Origin: a virus
Lineage: Duplodnaviria; Caudoviricetes
Strand: one strand, 5' to 3'
Virus record (IMG/VR): IMGVR_UViG_3300035208_004923
Coordinates: 352,001 to 416,000 of that record
DNA: 64,000 nt
Shown: piece after piece, positions 10,665 to 20,493 of the stretch
Numbering within the stretch: position 1 is the first letter of the stretch
Layout of the letters: each line of letters opens with the position of its first letter
Made by a program: the position numbers and the translations under genes
The notes under the pieces: generated by a model
What the model saw: only the letters and a program-made list of their open reading frames with translations
Databases searched by the model: none
What the model was told of the DNA's origin: nothing

Positions 10665-11829
10665 ATACTTTTACGTTTACAAACTTGTACATAAGGAAAC
10701 TGACGAATTTTACATAGGTTCTAGAGTTTGCAATTGTAAACCTGAAAAAGATATAAACTATCTTGGTTCAATGAAAACATGGAAAACCGATAAATCGAAA
10801 CTTTTAAAATCAATTCTTAAAACTGATTTTACTGCGACTGAGGATATGATTGAATTTGAAAGTAAACTTATATCAGAAAACATTAAAAACCCACTAAATC
10901 GAAATTACCACATTCCTAATTTAGGTTTTAGAACACACGGCAAAACTGCAGTTAAAGATAAAGATGGCAATGGGTTTCTTGTTGACGTTAACGACGAAAG
11001 AATACTAACAGGCGAACTTCATCATGCGTGTAAAGGAAAATTTACGGCGCAAGACAGAGATGGAAATACTTTTCAAATTGCAATAAACGATAATATGTTT
11101 TTATCAGGTAACGCTTTCGGTTTAGCGAAAGGGATGCTGCCTGTTAAAGATAAAGATGGCAATACGTTTCAGGTTAATAAAAACGATCCTAGATTTATTT
11201 CAGGCAATGTAACATCAATTTTTAAAGGAAAGGTTGTTGTAATTGATAAAAATAATAATACACTACAAGTAGATACTAACGATCCTAAATATATTTCTGG
11301 GGAATATGTGCATAACACAACAGGAAAGACAACTGTTAAAGATGAAAATGGAAATACGTTCCAAATTAACACAAACGATGAAAGATATGTATCAGGAGAA
11401 CTTCATCATATGAATATTGGTAAAGTTCCTGTTAAAGACAAAGAAGGCAATAGCTTTCAAGTTGCTAAAAATGATCCTCGACTTTTATCTGGTGAATTAC
11501 AGCATGTTACAAAAGGTGCCAACATCGGTAAATGTATCGTTAAAGATGCAAATGGCAAAATATATCGTGTAGATCGTACAGATCCTCGGTTCATATCAGG
11601 CGAACTTGTGCATATTGCAGCAGGAAGAATTACTGTAAAGGACAAAGAGGGTAATACATTCCAAGTTGATAAAAACGATCCTAGATATTTATCAGGCGAA
11701 TTAATCAGTATTAACGCGGGTATGGCGTGGGGAACTGGAAAAGATAATACGCCTATCAGAACAAAAATCGATGATCCAAGATTTAAAACTGGAGAATTAC
11801 AGCGAGGTCGAAAATACAGAATACGTTAG
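10651..11829 (+). CDS. GIY-YIG-like (Seg-type) endonuclease with nine 32-aa tandem repeats
   Basis: YVYKLVHKETDEFYIGSR...YLGS...E...N nuclease motifs; repeats GxxxVKDxxGNxxxVxxNDPRYxSGELxxxxx. Confidence 0.8.
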   Translation: MNKTKYFYVYKLVHKETDEFYIGSRVCNCKPEKDINYLGSMKTWKTDKSKLLKSILKTDFTATEDMIEFESKLISENIKNPLNRNYHIPNLGFRTHGKTAVKDKDGNGFLVDVNDERILTGELHHACKGKFTAQDRDGNTFQIAINDNMFLSGNAFGLAKGMLPVKDKDGNTFQVNKNDPRFISGNVTSIFKGKVVVIDKNNNTLQVDTNDPKYISGEYVHNTTGKTTVKDENGNTFQINTNDERYVSGELHHMNIGKVPVKDKEGNSFQVAKNDPRLLSGELQHVTKGANIGKCIVKDANGKIYRVDRTDPRFISGELVHIAAGRITVKDKEGNTFQVDKNDPRYLSGELISINAGMAWGTGKDNTPIRTKIDDPRFKTGELQRGRKYRIR

Positions 11830-12390
11830 TCACGTTTATTGTAAACCGTAAACTCTTCTTCAGGAACGAATACCAATTCGTTTTTAGCACGAGTACATGC
11901 GACGTAGTCTATGTTGCGTTCTTGCTGTATGTCCATATCCTTTTTCGCCCATGGTGCTTGTAGGATTTTTGGTTCAATGATAAATACTTTGTGCGATTCT
12001 AAACCTTTAACTTTATGAATTGTTGAACAACAAATTCCTGCTTTATTATCAGCAAAGATTGCAGCAATCAATGATGTTAATTCAGAAACCTTACTTAAAC
12101 GTTTTGAATCTGTAAGAATTTCCATTACTTGAATTTTTTCTTCGAAATTTCTGTACGATGTTGTGTTTGTTGCCTCTTCAGGTGTCATTCCTAAGCCCAT
12201 CAATTTAACTCTAATTTTTGAAAGGTCACCGTAAAGTGTTGAAATTGCACCTTTAATAGTTGGGCGTTTTGTTTTCTCCAACATTGTGATTAAGTTTTTT
12301 CCTATATCAGAACCTTTAACGTATGCTTTTTTATGTTGAGCAATAAATTTCATACAAAGGGTAACAAGTGGACGAGTTGTACGGCAAAGA
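11826..12390 (-). pseudogene. C-terminal half of a UvrD/Rep superfamily 1 helicase; N-terminal ATPase half absent
   Basis: STIHKVKGLESHKVFII and ERNIDYVACTRAKNEL motifs; reading frame extends upstream as LCRTTRPLVTLCM to about 12390, then switches into unrelated sequence; no Walker A. Confidence 0.75.
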
Positions 12391-12392
12391 AA

Positions 12393-13235
12393 ATGAAAGC
12401 ACCGATAATTAAAATTTGTCCTTTTTGCTTAATTGAATTTATTGCAAAACGAACAAAGTCAGTTTTTTGTTGTAGATCGCATGCGCAAACATATGCAGCA
12501 AACAAACCCGAACGTATTGCATTAAGTTCTTTAAATGCAAAAGCTAGATGGACGGATGCTACATTCAGAAATCATATGTTAGAAGAAATTAAAAATTTTG
12601 CATCATCTGCGGAATTCAAAGAAAAACAGTCGGTTGTTCAAAAGGAAAGACAATCTCATCAATCGGTAAAAGCGGAAATTAGCAAACGTTCCAAAGAACA
12701 ATGGGCAAGACAAGAAACGAAGGAAAAACAATCTGCATCGCAAAAAATTGCGCAAAATAAGTCAGACGTTAAAGAAAATAAGTCACACAAACTTAAGCAA
12801 ATAACAAATGAATGGCACTGGCGTAAAAGACAATCCCAAAATATGTTAAATTTATGGAAAAATGCAGATTATGCAGAACGTGTATTTGCTGGAAATAAAG
12901 CAGCAATGTATAAACGTTACGATTTTATATTGCCATCTGGCACAATAGTAAAGTTGCAAGGATATGAACCTCGCGCATTGCGTGAACTGTTAGAAACTTA
13001 TCATGAATCAGATATAGTAATCGGCGTTAAAGAAATGAATTCCGTCATAGGAACAATTTCGTATTTGTTTGAAAGTAAAGAAAGAACATATTATCCAGAT
13101 TTTTATATAAAGTCAACTAATACAATAATAGAAGTTAAAAGCACGTGGACGTTTGAATCGGAAAAGGAAAAAAATATAGCAAAAGAACAAAGTTGTTTAT
13201 CAAAAGGATTTGCTTTTAAATTTATTATTTATTAA
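12393..13235 (+). CDS. PD-(D/E)XK-type homing endonuclease with N-terminal Zn finger and helical repeats
   Basis: Likely start MKAPIIKICPFC at 12393; CPFC...FCCRSH; C-terminal QGYEP...YYPDFYIKSTNTIIEVKS. Confidence 0.75.
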   Translation: MKAPIIKICPFCLIEFIAKRTKSVFCCRSHAQTYAANKPERIALSSLNAKARWTDATFRNHMLEEIKNFASSAEFKEKQSVVQKERQSHQSVKAEISKRSKEQWARQETKEKQSASQKIAQNKSDVKENKSHKLKQITNEWHWRKRQSQNMLNLWKNADYAERVFAGNKAAMYKRYDFILPSGTIVKLQGYEPRALRELLETYHESDIVIGVKEMNSVIGTISYLFESKERTYYPDFYIKSTNTIIEVKSTWTFESEKEKNIAKEQSCLSKGFAFKFIIY

Positions 13236-13920
13236 ATCGTGCAAATGCCTTCTCTGTTATAAATATTTTTCTCGACTTTTTAAATTCTAACAAATTCTTA
13301 GACGAAGTATAGCTCATTGCACTTGACAGATAATGTTTAAAATTTTCAACCCAACCGTCAATTGTGTATTCAACAGGATTCATTCTTGTAATTCCTTCCG
13401 ACGTTTTTATTACGTCAGCGCCTAAAGATTTTTGTGCACCTTTAGTACTCATTCCTCTAAATTTTTTGAAAAATTGAGTTCCGTAATTAAATGCAATTTC
13501 TGTTTCCTCTGCATATTGATTCACCTTTTCACCTGGTTCAGTCCAGCCATCGTTCTTTTTATTTTGTTTGTATGTATCGCCACAACTTTCCAATGCTTTA
13601 TTGAAAATTGAACCAATCATACAAAAATCAGCACCTAACGCAAGTGCTTTAAGTATATCTGAGTAACTTTTAAATCCACCATCTGCAATTATTTTTGCAG
13701 GTTTTTCTAATCTTAAAGACATTTCATAGCATTCAGAAATAAGTGATGCCATTGGATAACCTATTCCTGTTTGAACAGTTGTAAGACACCCGCTGTTATG
13801 AACAATAATTCCGTTTATATTATATGAATGATCTGTTTCTATACATAAATCATGTACTGTACCTTCGTAATATTCAACACTTTTTTTTATTTCTATTAAA
13901 TTAAAACTTCGTTTTCCCAT
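13225..13920 (-). CDS. Split intein C-fragment (42 aa) fused to C-terminal half of IMPDH/GMP reductase
   Basis: VHDLCIETDHSYNINGIIVHN/S then SGCLTTVQTGIGYP, IIADGG, KALALGADFCMIGS, FRGMS, SEGI. Confidence 0.92.
   Translation of the reverse strand: MGKRSFNLIEIKKSVEYYEGTVHDLCIETDHSYNINGIIVHNSGCLTTVQTGIGYPMASLISECYEMSLRLEKPAKIIADGGFKSYSDILKALALGADFCMIGSIFNKALESCGDTYKQNKKNDGWTEPGEKVNQYAEETEIAFNYGTQFFKKFRGMSTKGAQKSLGADVIKTSEGITRMNPVEYTIDGWVENFKHYLSSAMSYTSSKNLLEFKKSRKIFITEKAFARFNK
13795..13920 (-). mobile_element. Split intein C-fragment (IntC)
   Basis: Block F/G motifs ending His-Asn followed by +1 Ser. Confidence 0.9.
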
Positions 13921-15008
13921 GATTTTATTCTTTTAAATTCGCATTTTAGATATGTTCGTATTTCTTCTTCTCGTATTTTATCTTTCTCTCGTAAGTTCCC
14001 ATTTCTATCAAAATGATATGGCTCATCATATTCATATACAATATTATTTATTTCATCATAGCCATCAACAAAATAACCTAAATCTTTAATATGATATTCG
14101 CCGCCGTTCAATGCATGACATATTTGCGTATTTGTCTTTTTTGCAAGTTTATCAAAATACGTGCAGCCATTTACATTAAAATTGGGTTGATGAATACAAC
14201 CGTTTGGAAAATACATTGCAATACGTTTAAGCATTGTAACTCTAAGATTTCTTCTATGTTCTGTTGAAAATTCGCGGCCTTTTAATGATTCTGATATTTT
14301 ATCTAAAATGTCATTCCATTTATCTGTTTCTTTTAACTTTCGTATCGCGTTTTTCATATTTTGTTTGTATGCTTCAAACTTTATATCTGCCACTTCTTTC
14401 CCATATTTTTCTTCCCACACAGAATAAACAGATTTACCAAACATTGGATTATTATCGCATGAACTCGCAAACTGTTGTCTCACTTTGTACGCTTCAAACT
14501 TTATATCTGCCACTTCTTTCCCATATTTTTCTTCCCATACAGAATAAACAGATTTACCAAACATTGGATTATTTTCGCCATCGTATTTTCCTTTCATCCC
14601 ATCAGACCTATGTTTTTTCATTTCTGGAGAATGCCGTTTATTATAAAACGGATTATTTTCGCCGATAAAATTTTCTTTGATATGATTATCCCACATCGAA
14701 TTGCCTGTTTCTTCACCATACTTTCCAATCCATATTGTCTTCAAAGATTTTTCAAACATTGGATTATTTTCGCCTTTAATTCTGCATTTTCTACATAGAA
14801 AGATTTTATCCAATTTTGGCCGTGATCTTTGAACAGTTTCATGTCCGCAATCGCTGCATATAATTTTATTGAATTTCATATTTGCTTCCTTTGCACGCAT
14901 TTCATTGCCATCAATAAACTTAAATACAAAACAATTTTTATTTTTTAATTCATACGCAATAACTTGAACGTCATCAATATAAAATGTCGGTATTATTTTT
15001 GTTTCCAT
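13896..15008 (-). CDS. Free-standing homing endonuclease (Vsr-like/EDxHD-type C-terminus, NUMOD-like GENNPMFGK repeats) between split intein halves
   Basis: CSDC...CRKC, four NNP[MF][FY] repeats, GREFSTEHRRNL, YFVDGYDEINNIVYEYDEPYH. Confidence 0.8.
   Translation of the reverse strand: METKIIPTFYIDDVQVIAYELKNKNCFVFKFIDGNEMRAKEANMKFNKIICSDCGHETVQRSRPKLDKIFLCRKCRIKGENNPMFEKSLKTIWIGKYGEETGNSMWDNHIKENFIGENNPFYNKRHSPEMKKHRSDGMKGKYDGENNPMFGKSVYSVWEEKYGKEVADIKFEAYKVRQQFASSCDNNPMFGKSVYSVWEEKYGKEVADIKFEAYKQNMKNAIRKLKETDKWNDILDKISESLKGREFSTEHRRNLRVTMLKRIAMYFPNGCIHQPNFNVNGCTYFDKLAKKTNTQICHALNGGEYHIKDLGYFVDGYDEINNIVYEYDEPYHFDRNGNLREKDKIREEEIRTYLKCEFKRIKSWENEVLI
14364..14573. repeat. Near-identical about 90-bp direct repeat with 120-bp period inside endonuclease gene
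   Basis: NNPMFGKSVYSVWEEKYGKEVADIKFEAYK encoded twice with almost identical DNA. Confidence 0.9.
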
Positions 15009-15069
15009 TTCTTGTTTATTTTATATATAAAGAATATGAAATGCAAATTATACAAGAATTGGAGTTGGG

Positions 15070-15885
15070 CTAATATTGAATCAATAAATGTGTGTTTTCA
15101 TCCAAATCAACAGCAGATATCCATTTTGCATATGCTGATATGTTATCATCATCGACTATATCTTTATACTTTTTGTCAATAACGTAGTATTCATGATTCA
15201 TTGTTGAACCTTCACCATTAATAAATATTATGTCTTCTTCTTTATTATATGTATATGTTTCTATTACTTTTTGCCATATGTTTGTGTGTGTTAAGACATA
15301 ATCACCAACTTTAACATCTTCTATATTTTTCAATCCTGTTTTTGTCAAAACTTTTGTTCCTCTGATGAAACAGCCGCCTCCAATACCGCAACGAATTGCA
15401 TCGGCGCCAGCAATTGATAAATCCCAATACGTTTCTGGATTAGCAATATTACCTACCATAAGATACAATTTTGTTCCGTATTTTCTTTTTGCTGCACCGA
15501 TAGCGGATGACAAACTTGCCATGTGTCCATTAGCAATATCAATAAGTACATAATACGTTCTATCATTACCTAAGATTAATTTAGATAATGTTGAATCTTT
15601 TAAAAACAAATCAGTAAATTGCGTTAAACTGTATGATTTAAAAATTTTTGCAAAATCGCTGTAATCTTGAGACCTTGCATCTTGTACTCTTGGAAATACT
15701 GCATATATGTTATTATTCAAAAAATATTCATAGTTATCATTATTAATAACAGTATCCATTGGTGCTGTCATAATTGGTAACATGCCATCATCATTAAACA
15801 AATTGCATTCGCTTCTTGATGAAATTTCCGTCGATACGGATGGGACGATAAGAATATCGTCAAAATCAAATTTTCTTTCTATCAT
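15070..15885 (-). CDS. N-terminal half of IMPDH/GMP reductase fused to split intein N-fragment (100 aa)
   Basis: Likely start MIERKFDFDDILIVP; PIMTAPMDTV, LIDIANGH, MVGNIA, AGADAIRCGIGGG then CFIRGTKVLTKTGLKNIEDVKVGDYVLT...STMNHEYYV. Confidence 0.92.
   Translation of the reverse strand: MIERKFDFDDILIVPSVSTEISSRSECNLFNDDGMLPIMTAPMDTVINNDNYEYFLNNNIYAVFPRVQDARSQDYSDFAKIFKSYSLTQFTDLFLKDSTLSKLILGNDRTYYVLIDIANGHMASLSSAIGAAKRKYGTKLYLMVGNIANPETYWDLSIAGADAIRCGIGGGCFIRGTKVLTKTGLKNIEDVKVGDYVLTHTNIWQKVIETYTYNKEEDIIFINGEGSTMNHEYYVIDKKYKDIVDDDNISAYAKWISAVDLDENTHLLIQY
15073..15372 (-). mobile_element. Split intein N-fragment (IntN)
   Basis: Block A Cys1 (CFIRGTKV) and block B TxxH (TMNH), then stop codon. 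Confidence 0.9.
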
Positions 15886-16123
15886 CTTTTCCTTTTTTAA
15901 GTGCTTTTTCGATTCCGTCGCATATTGCAACAAAATCTGGGTTTAACGATTGTCTTAAATATACGCCTGTGCCTTGTAATGAAGTTTCGGCATAACACTC
16001 AACAAGTTCGATAATTCTATTCTGAATTTCTTTTTTATTGTGTTTCCAATCAGCGCCTTTTGTTTCTTTTGACATTTCAATCATTTTCATGATTGCTTTT
16101 AGTTCTTTATCAAAATCCATAAA

Positions 16124-17071
16124 TTAATGTTTTAGTTTACAATTATCAAAATGAAATAATTTAAAATTACTTTTTCCAGATTTTCCACAATGCGGGCATT
16201 CGTACACTGGTCTATATTGGTTTTTTGCAATTTCCCGTTTCTTTTTACGAAATGCTTCACGTTCTTCTTCTGTCATCTTTGCAAAATATGCTTTACTAGT
16301 TTCGCGTAATTTTTCACGCCGTTTCTGTTTATCATCTTCGGACTTTGCATCAATTGTTTGTTTGAATTTTGCTGTGCGTTCTTTAAGTTTATCTTCTGAC
16401 ATATTCAATACACGTTCGCTAGCATCTTTGCGGATTTTTTCTTTATGTTCATCAGTTAAATTATTAAACGCATTCCGTAAATTCTCTTTTTTCAATTCTC
16501 TTTCATCGTCTGTTAAATTACGCCATTGTTGTCTTACATTTTCTTTGCAATTTTCTTTCTGTTCGTTTGTCATGTTAGACATTCCTTGCTTTACCGCATT
16601 TGCAATATTTTGTCTTTCATCTTGCGACAATTTTGACCATCTTTTCTGCATTCCAAGAGAATGCTTTTGCTTTTGTTCTTCCGCAATAATATCAGATTTA
16701 TAAATCTCGGCGTATGTTTTTCCTTTTAATGCATCAGATAATTTTGTTCGTGTTTCCGCAGTAGGACTATAATCCAGTATCAATTTACCGCCGCCAGTGA
16801 TTAAATTCATACATAATGGCTCATTTATTAAAGTGATTGTTACAATTTCTTTTTCTCTTAAAACAACAGATGCTCTATCTTTGCAATATTCTAAAATTTC
16901 AGTTTTAAAATTGTTACGTCCATACTTTTGTATTGAACGCCACAAATATAATCCCGAACCAATGTAACCATCATTCAAATCAAAAGTAGAATGCATACCG
17001 ATATAAAACTTATTATTTATAAGATTTGTTGTTTTATAAATATAATGATACGTGTGAGGTTTCCTTGCCAT
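16124..17071 (-). CDS. GIY-YIG (Seg-like) homing endonuclease with helical repeats and C-terminal CPHC Zn module
   Basis: YIYKTTNLINNKFYIGMH...YIGSG...NLITGG; CPHCGKSG...FHFDNCK. Confidence 0.85.
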   Translation of the reverse strand: MARKPHTYHYIYKTTNLINNKFYIGMHSTFDLNDGYIGSGLYLWRSIQKYGRNNFKTEILEYCKDRASVVLREKEIVTITLINEPLCMNLITGGGKLILDYSPTAETRTKLSDALKGKTYAEIYKSDIIAEEQKQKHSLGMQKRWSKLSQDERQNIANAVKQGMSNMTNEQKENCKENVRQQWRNLTDDERELKKENLRNAFNNLTDEHKEKIRKDASERVLNMSEDKLKERTAKFKQTIDAKSEDDKQKRREKLRETSKAYFAKMTEEEREAFRKKKREIAKNQYRPVYECPHCGKSGKSNFKLFHFDNCKLKH

Positions 17072-17116
17072 AACTTTAATTTTTATTTATATATTAAAGT
17101 TTACGGTACATTTTAT

Positions 17117-18643
17117 TCACGCCCAATATCCTCTAGCGTCAGTGCCATCACCCATATCCCAATCACTATCTTTGTCAATGTTGACAACACCAGTTCCTTT
17201 TATGATAGTGTTCATTTCAGCCCATTCTGCATTGGCAAGATCATTAGCTTTTCTGATACATTCTGAACGTTCTTCTGCTGTTTGTTTGCCGTCTGTTGTA
17301 ACCACACGATATAATTTTTCGCCTTTAGGTTTGTCTTTTGTTTCTTCTATTAATTCAAAATCGAATTCTTGGTCATATAGATATCCACAGCGTTCAGCGT
17401 AATCATCTTTTAAATGGTTTTCACAAAGTTCAATCCAACGTTTCATTTGTTTGACTTTTAACCCTTTGCTTGTATTTTCTTCATAACCTTTATCTATATC
17501 GGCTAATAGAATTCCCATTTGAAATTTTTGCATTTCAAGAATATATGCGTAATCCCATGGACGCATTTTAGTTACAACTTTGAAATATTTTCTTAATGCC
17601 CAAAACGTCCATTTTGCATCATAATACAAATCAACCCATTTAAGCCAAAAGTAATATTTAAGATTAAAAAGGAAGATATCTTTTTTAGTTCTTTTCATAT
17701 TTTTTATTTTTTATCTTTTTTGCAATATGCATCCCATGCACATAATATTTCGTAAAATGCATCAGTACTATCTGCTAAATATTCTTTATTATCAATTGTT
17801 GCTTCCATTGGCGTTTCACCAAATTGACAATCATACATAAACCATTCAAGCCAATTCGATTCGCATTCTTCTGGTGTATCACAATGCTCAACTGTTATAG
17901 CCCACAATCTTTGAAATGCCAAATTCAATTGAACAGATAATGTTGATGCCATATTGCCATCAATGTATGTTTGCATGAATTCTGTAAACTTGTTTTCAAG
18001 TTCGTGTTGTTCTTTGACTGCATTGATTATGTAATCAAAATCTTTTTTACTTATCATCATCAATATCTTTAATGTTGAACTCTACATTTCCTGTTCCGTT
18101 CATTTCGATTGTTGCTCGAACAACTTCCCCGAAATCTTCACCTTCCGCAATTTTTGCAAATTCTTTCAATTTGCTTTCGTCCATTTCATTAACTTGACTA
18201 ATGATATCGTACAACGTTTTAATCAGTGCAGCATCGGCTTCAGTTAATAAATTTGCGCCACATTGAGGACATGGTTTGTTTAACCATTCTGCAATTACAG
18301 CATCAGCATCTGTCCATAAGACGGTATTATCTTGCCATCCGCATTTTGGATTATCGCATTTTATCCCGTTGCTTTCGATTTCAACATTTACTTTTTCTTT
18401 TGCCATTTTTTTGATTTTTATTATTAATGTTTCCTTTTCCAAATGATTATCTAAAAAGGGACTGTTCGTTGTGATTGTTCCATCTGCAAGTTCATAATAG
18501 ATTTTGCCATCTACCGAATAAACAAGTGGAATACCACGTTCTTTGTTTTCTAATTGTACTTCACGAATTGCTTTATTACCAATGCTTTGAATTTCAAATC
18601 CTTTTAAGTACAAATTAAGATCATCAAATTTTTTGACTTCCAT
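17117..18643 (-). CDS. Three hypothetical ORFs (17117..17698, 17704..18063, 18047..18643)
   Basis: ORF track; the last contains CDNPKC...CPQC and may be two in-frame genes (second start MAKEKV). Confidence 0.65.
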
Positions 18644-18667
18644 AATTTATTTTTTTTACAAACAACG

Positions 18668-18886
18668 TCAAACAGTTGTTTTTATGTACCCATGATTATA
18701 AGGGTCTCCTTCAATGTGGTTTAGTTTATATTCAGCAAGTATTTCAATTACAATGTTTTTCATTGCTGTTGAATTTCCTGTTACAAAAATAACATCAACA
18801 TTTGCATTCCAGTGTCTTTCAATTTCTCGTATAATATCATTTCTAACGGATATGTGAGAACGTCCATGCAAATCTAAAACGTACAT
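18668..18886 (-). CDS. Stand-alone Smr domain protein
   Basis: LDLHG, VTGNS, NHG motifs in 72 aa. Confidence 0.8.
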   Translation of the reverse strand: MYVLDLHGRSHISVRNDIIREIERHWNANVDVIFVTGNSTAMKNIVIEILAEYKLNHIEGDPYNHGYIKTTV

Positions 18887-18888
18887 AT

Positions 18889-19299
18889 TTATTCAAATTT
18901 ATAAGATTTCAGTGTTTGAAATCTTTTTGTTAAATCGTCAATTTCTTCTGGAAAGCAAGGTCCTATACCTATGCATGTTATTGTCGGTTCAGTGAAAACT
19001 GTATAACCTGCATCTTTTATTATTGCAACAGGAATGTTTCTTGCTTTCACATCTTCTGCTAACTTTAATAATTTGTCAAGACTTTTGCATCCCAATATAA
19101 TTTTAACAAATGGTCCATCTAACCAAAGTTGTAAAGCAGAACCTTCCTTTGTAATTAATGTTCGAACGTCGCCAGACTTTGTCATTTGATTATACACAGG
19201 TGCTTCACTTGCATGCGATATTTGTGCACCTAATTTGCCCATTGGCATAACTAAATCGGTTCTTACAACAATAACTTGTTTTGGTAAATTTTGAGGCAT
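18889..19299 (-). CDS. pth2: Peptidyl-tRNA hydrolase type 2
   Basis: KQVIVVRTDLVMPMGKLGAQISHAS, KIIL, IKDAGYTVF, TCIGIGP. Confidence 0.92.
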   Translation of the reverse strand: MPQNLPKQVIVVRTDLVMPMGKLGAQISHASEAPVYNQMTKSGDVRTLITKEGSALQLWLDGPFVKIILGCKSLDKLLKLAEDVKARNIPVAIIKDAGYTVFTEPTITCIGIGPCFPEEIDDLTKRFQTLKSYKFE

Positions 19300-19322
19300 A
19301 TTGCTTTTTATTTGTTTGATTT

Positions 19323-19348
19323 ATATATACATAACTATCCGTTAGTTT
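19323..19348 (-). promoter_or_regulatory. Class II promoter-like motif upstream of pth2
   Basis: AAACT-N11-ATGTATATA. Confidence 0.6.
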
Positions 19349-20490
19349 TCTACTATATGCAGTTCATGCGCTTCAATATTCAACGGCACTTCTAATTTTT
19401 TGCGCATTTTATCCATCACGCATAACGGAACTTGTTCTTTTTCTGTTCTGCTTAAATTTTGTTTTACACAATCAGCATAAGGTGTTGCAATAAAAATTAT
19501 TTTTACATACGCCTTATACGAAGTGAACAATGAAATAAGTCCTTCTCTCATTTGTCTTGTTATGTTAGTTGCATTCCAAACAAAATCAATTCCTTTTGCC
19601 ATATATTCTTTGGCAGTTTTCTTTGCTTCTTGAATAACACGACCTTGTTCATCAGTCGGCTTTATTTTTAATCTTCTTCGTATTTCGTCTAAAGATATCA
19701 CAGGTATTCCTGACATATGTTTCGATATGTAATAATCTTTACCCGAACCAGGCAAACCTACCATCATGCATACGGTTGATTTTGTATCATCAAACGGACA
19801 ATCTGAATGATGATGTGTTCTTTCAACAAGATACTTATATTTTGCAATTCCTGTTCCGAATTCGTATGCACCGTCAATAAGATCCAAATCAAAAGCTAAT
19901 AATAAAAAGTAATCAATTGCTTCAAGTCTTTTATCAATGTCTGATGCAATTCTTCCTTTAAAATCACTTTTTGTCATGTAATAAAGATTGTCCATTCTGC
20001 AATCTTGTGACATTTTAATAATTGAACGTTCTTGTTCTTCTCTTGTTTTATCAATAAGCCATGTAGGTTTTCCATGATATAGAATAAGATTGCAAATTTC
20101 GATACGATCCAAAATAGGCATCTTATCACCATTAATTATTGATACTTTAAGGTTCTCTAATAATTCCCATGCAATTTTTGCGCCTGTTGCTTCGTGTCCA
20201 TGTGCTCTAATTTTGCCATCCTCTAATTTTGAGACTATCGGTTTTGCAATATCATGAAGTAACAATGCATAATTTATAATTGTTATGTCATGCGCGCATA
20301 ACGATAATTCTTCATCAATTCCGTCAAGTTCATTACAAATTTTTTCAAATTCGTCAAGAACCATTTTTGTATGTGTTAGCACATCGCCTTCACCGTGCCA
20401 GTCTGGATTTTGTTCGCATAATGACATTGCATTTAAGTATGGATGCAATTCTTTCCATTGCGGAACAACATAATCATAAAATTTACTCAT
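19342..20490 (-). CDS. HD-domain phosphohydrolase fused to P-loop (polynucleotide kinase-like) domain
   Basis: QNPDWHGEGDVLTHT, LLHDIAKP, HGHE; GLPGSGKD, SLDEIR, WNATN. Confidence 0.88.
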   Translation of the reverse strand: MSKFYDYVVPQWKELHPYLNAMSLCEQNPDWHGEGDVLTHTKMVLDEFEKICNELDGIDEELSLCAHDITIINYALLLHDIAKPIVSKLEDGKIRAHGHEATGAKIAWELLENLKVSIINGDKMPILDRIEICNLILYHGKPTWLIDKTREEQERSIIKMSQDCRMDNLYYMTKSDFKGRIASDIDKRLEAIDYFLLLAFDLDLIDGAYEFGTGIAKYKYLVERTHHHSDCPFDDTKSTVCMMVGLPGSGKDYYISKHMSGIPVISLDEIRRRLKIKPTDEQGRVIQEAKKTAKEYMAKGIDFVWNATNITRQMREGLISLFTSYKAYVKIIFIATPYADCVKQNLSRTEKEQVPLCVMDKMRKKLEVPLNIEAHELHIVEN

Positions 20491-20493
20491 TTC

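Noticed and set aside
10392-11829. IS607 transposon
   Set aside because: HTH gene lacks the serine recombinase catalytic domain and the partner is GIY-YIG-like, not TnpB
12333-12392. Annotated TTG start of the plus-strand endonuclease
   Set aside because: This stretch is the antisense of helicase-coding sequence; ATG at 12393 is more plausible
13896-15070. Group I intron interrupting the IMPDH/GMP reductase gene
   Set aside because: Only about 60 bp non-coding, the IntC ORF has its own ATG overlapping the endonuclease end, and no intron core is recognisable; split intein explains the layout
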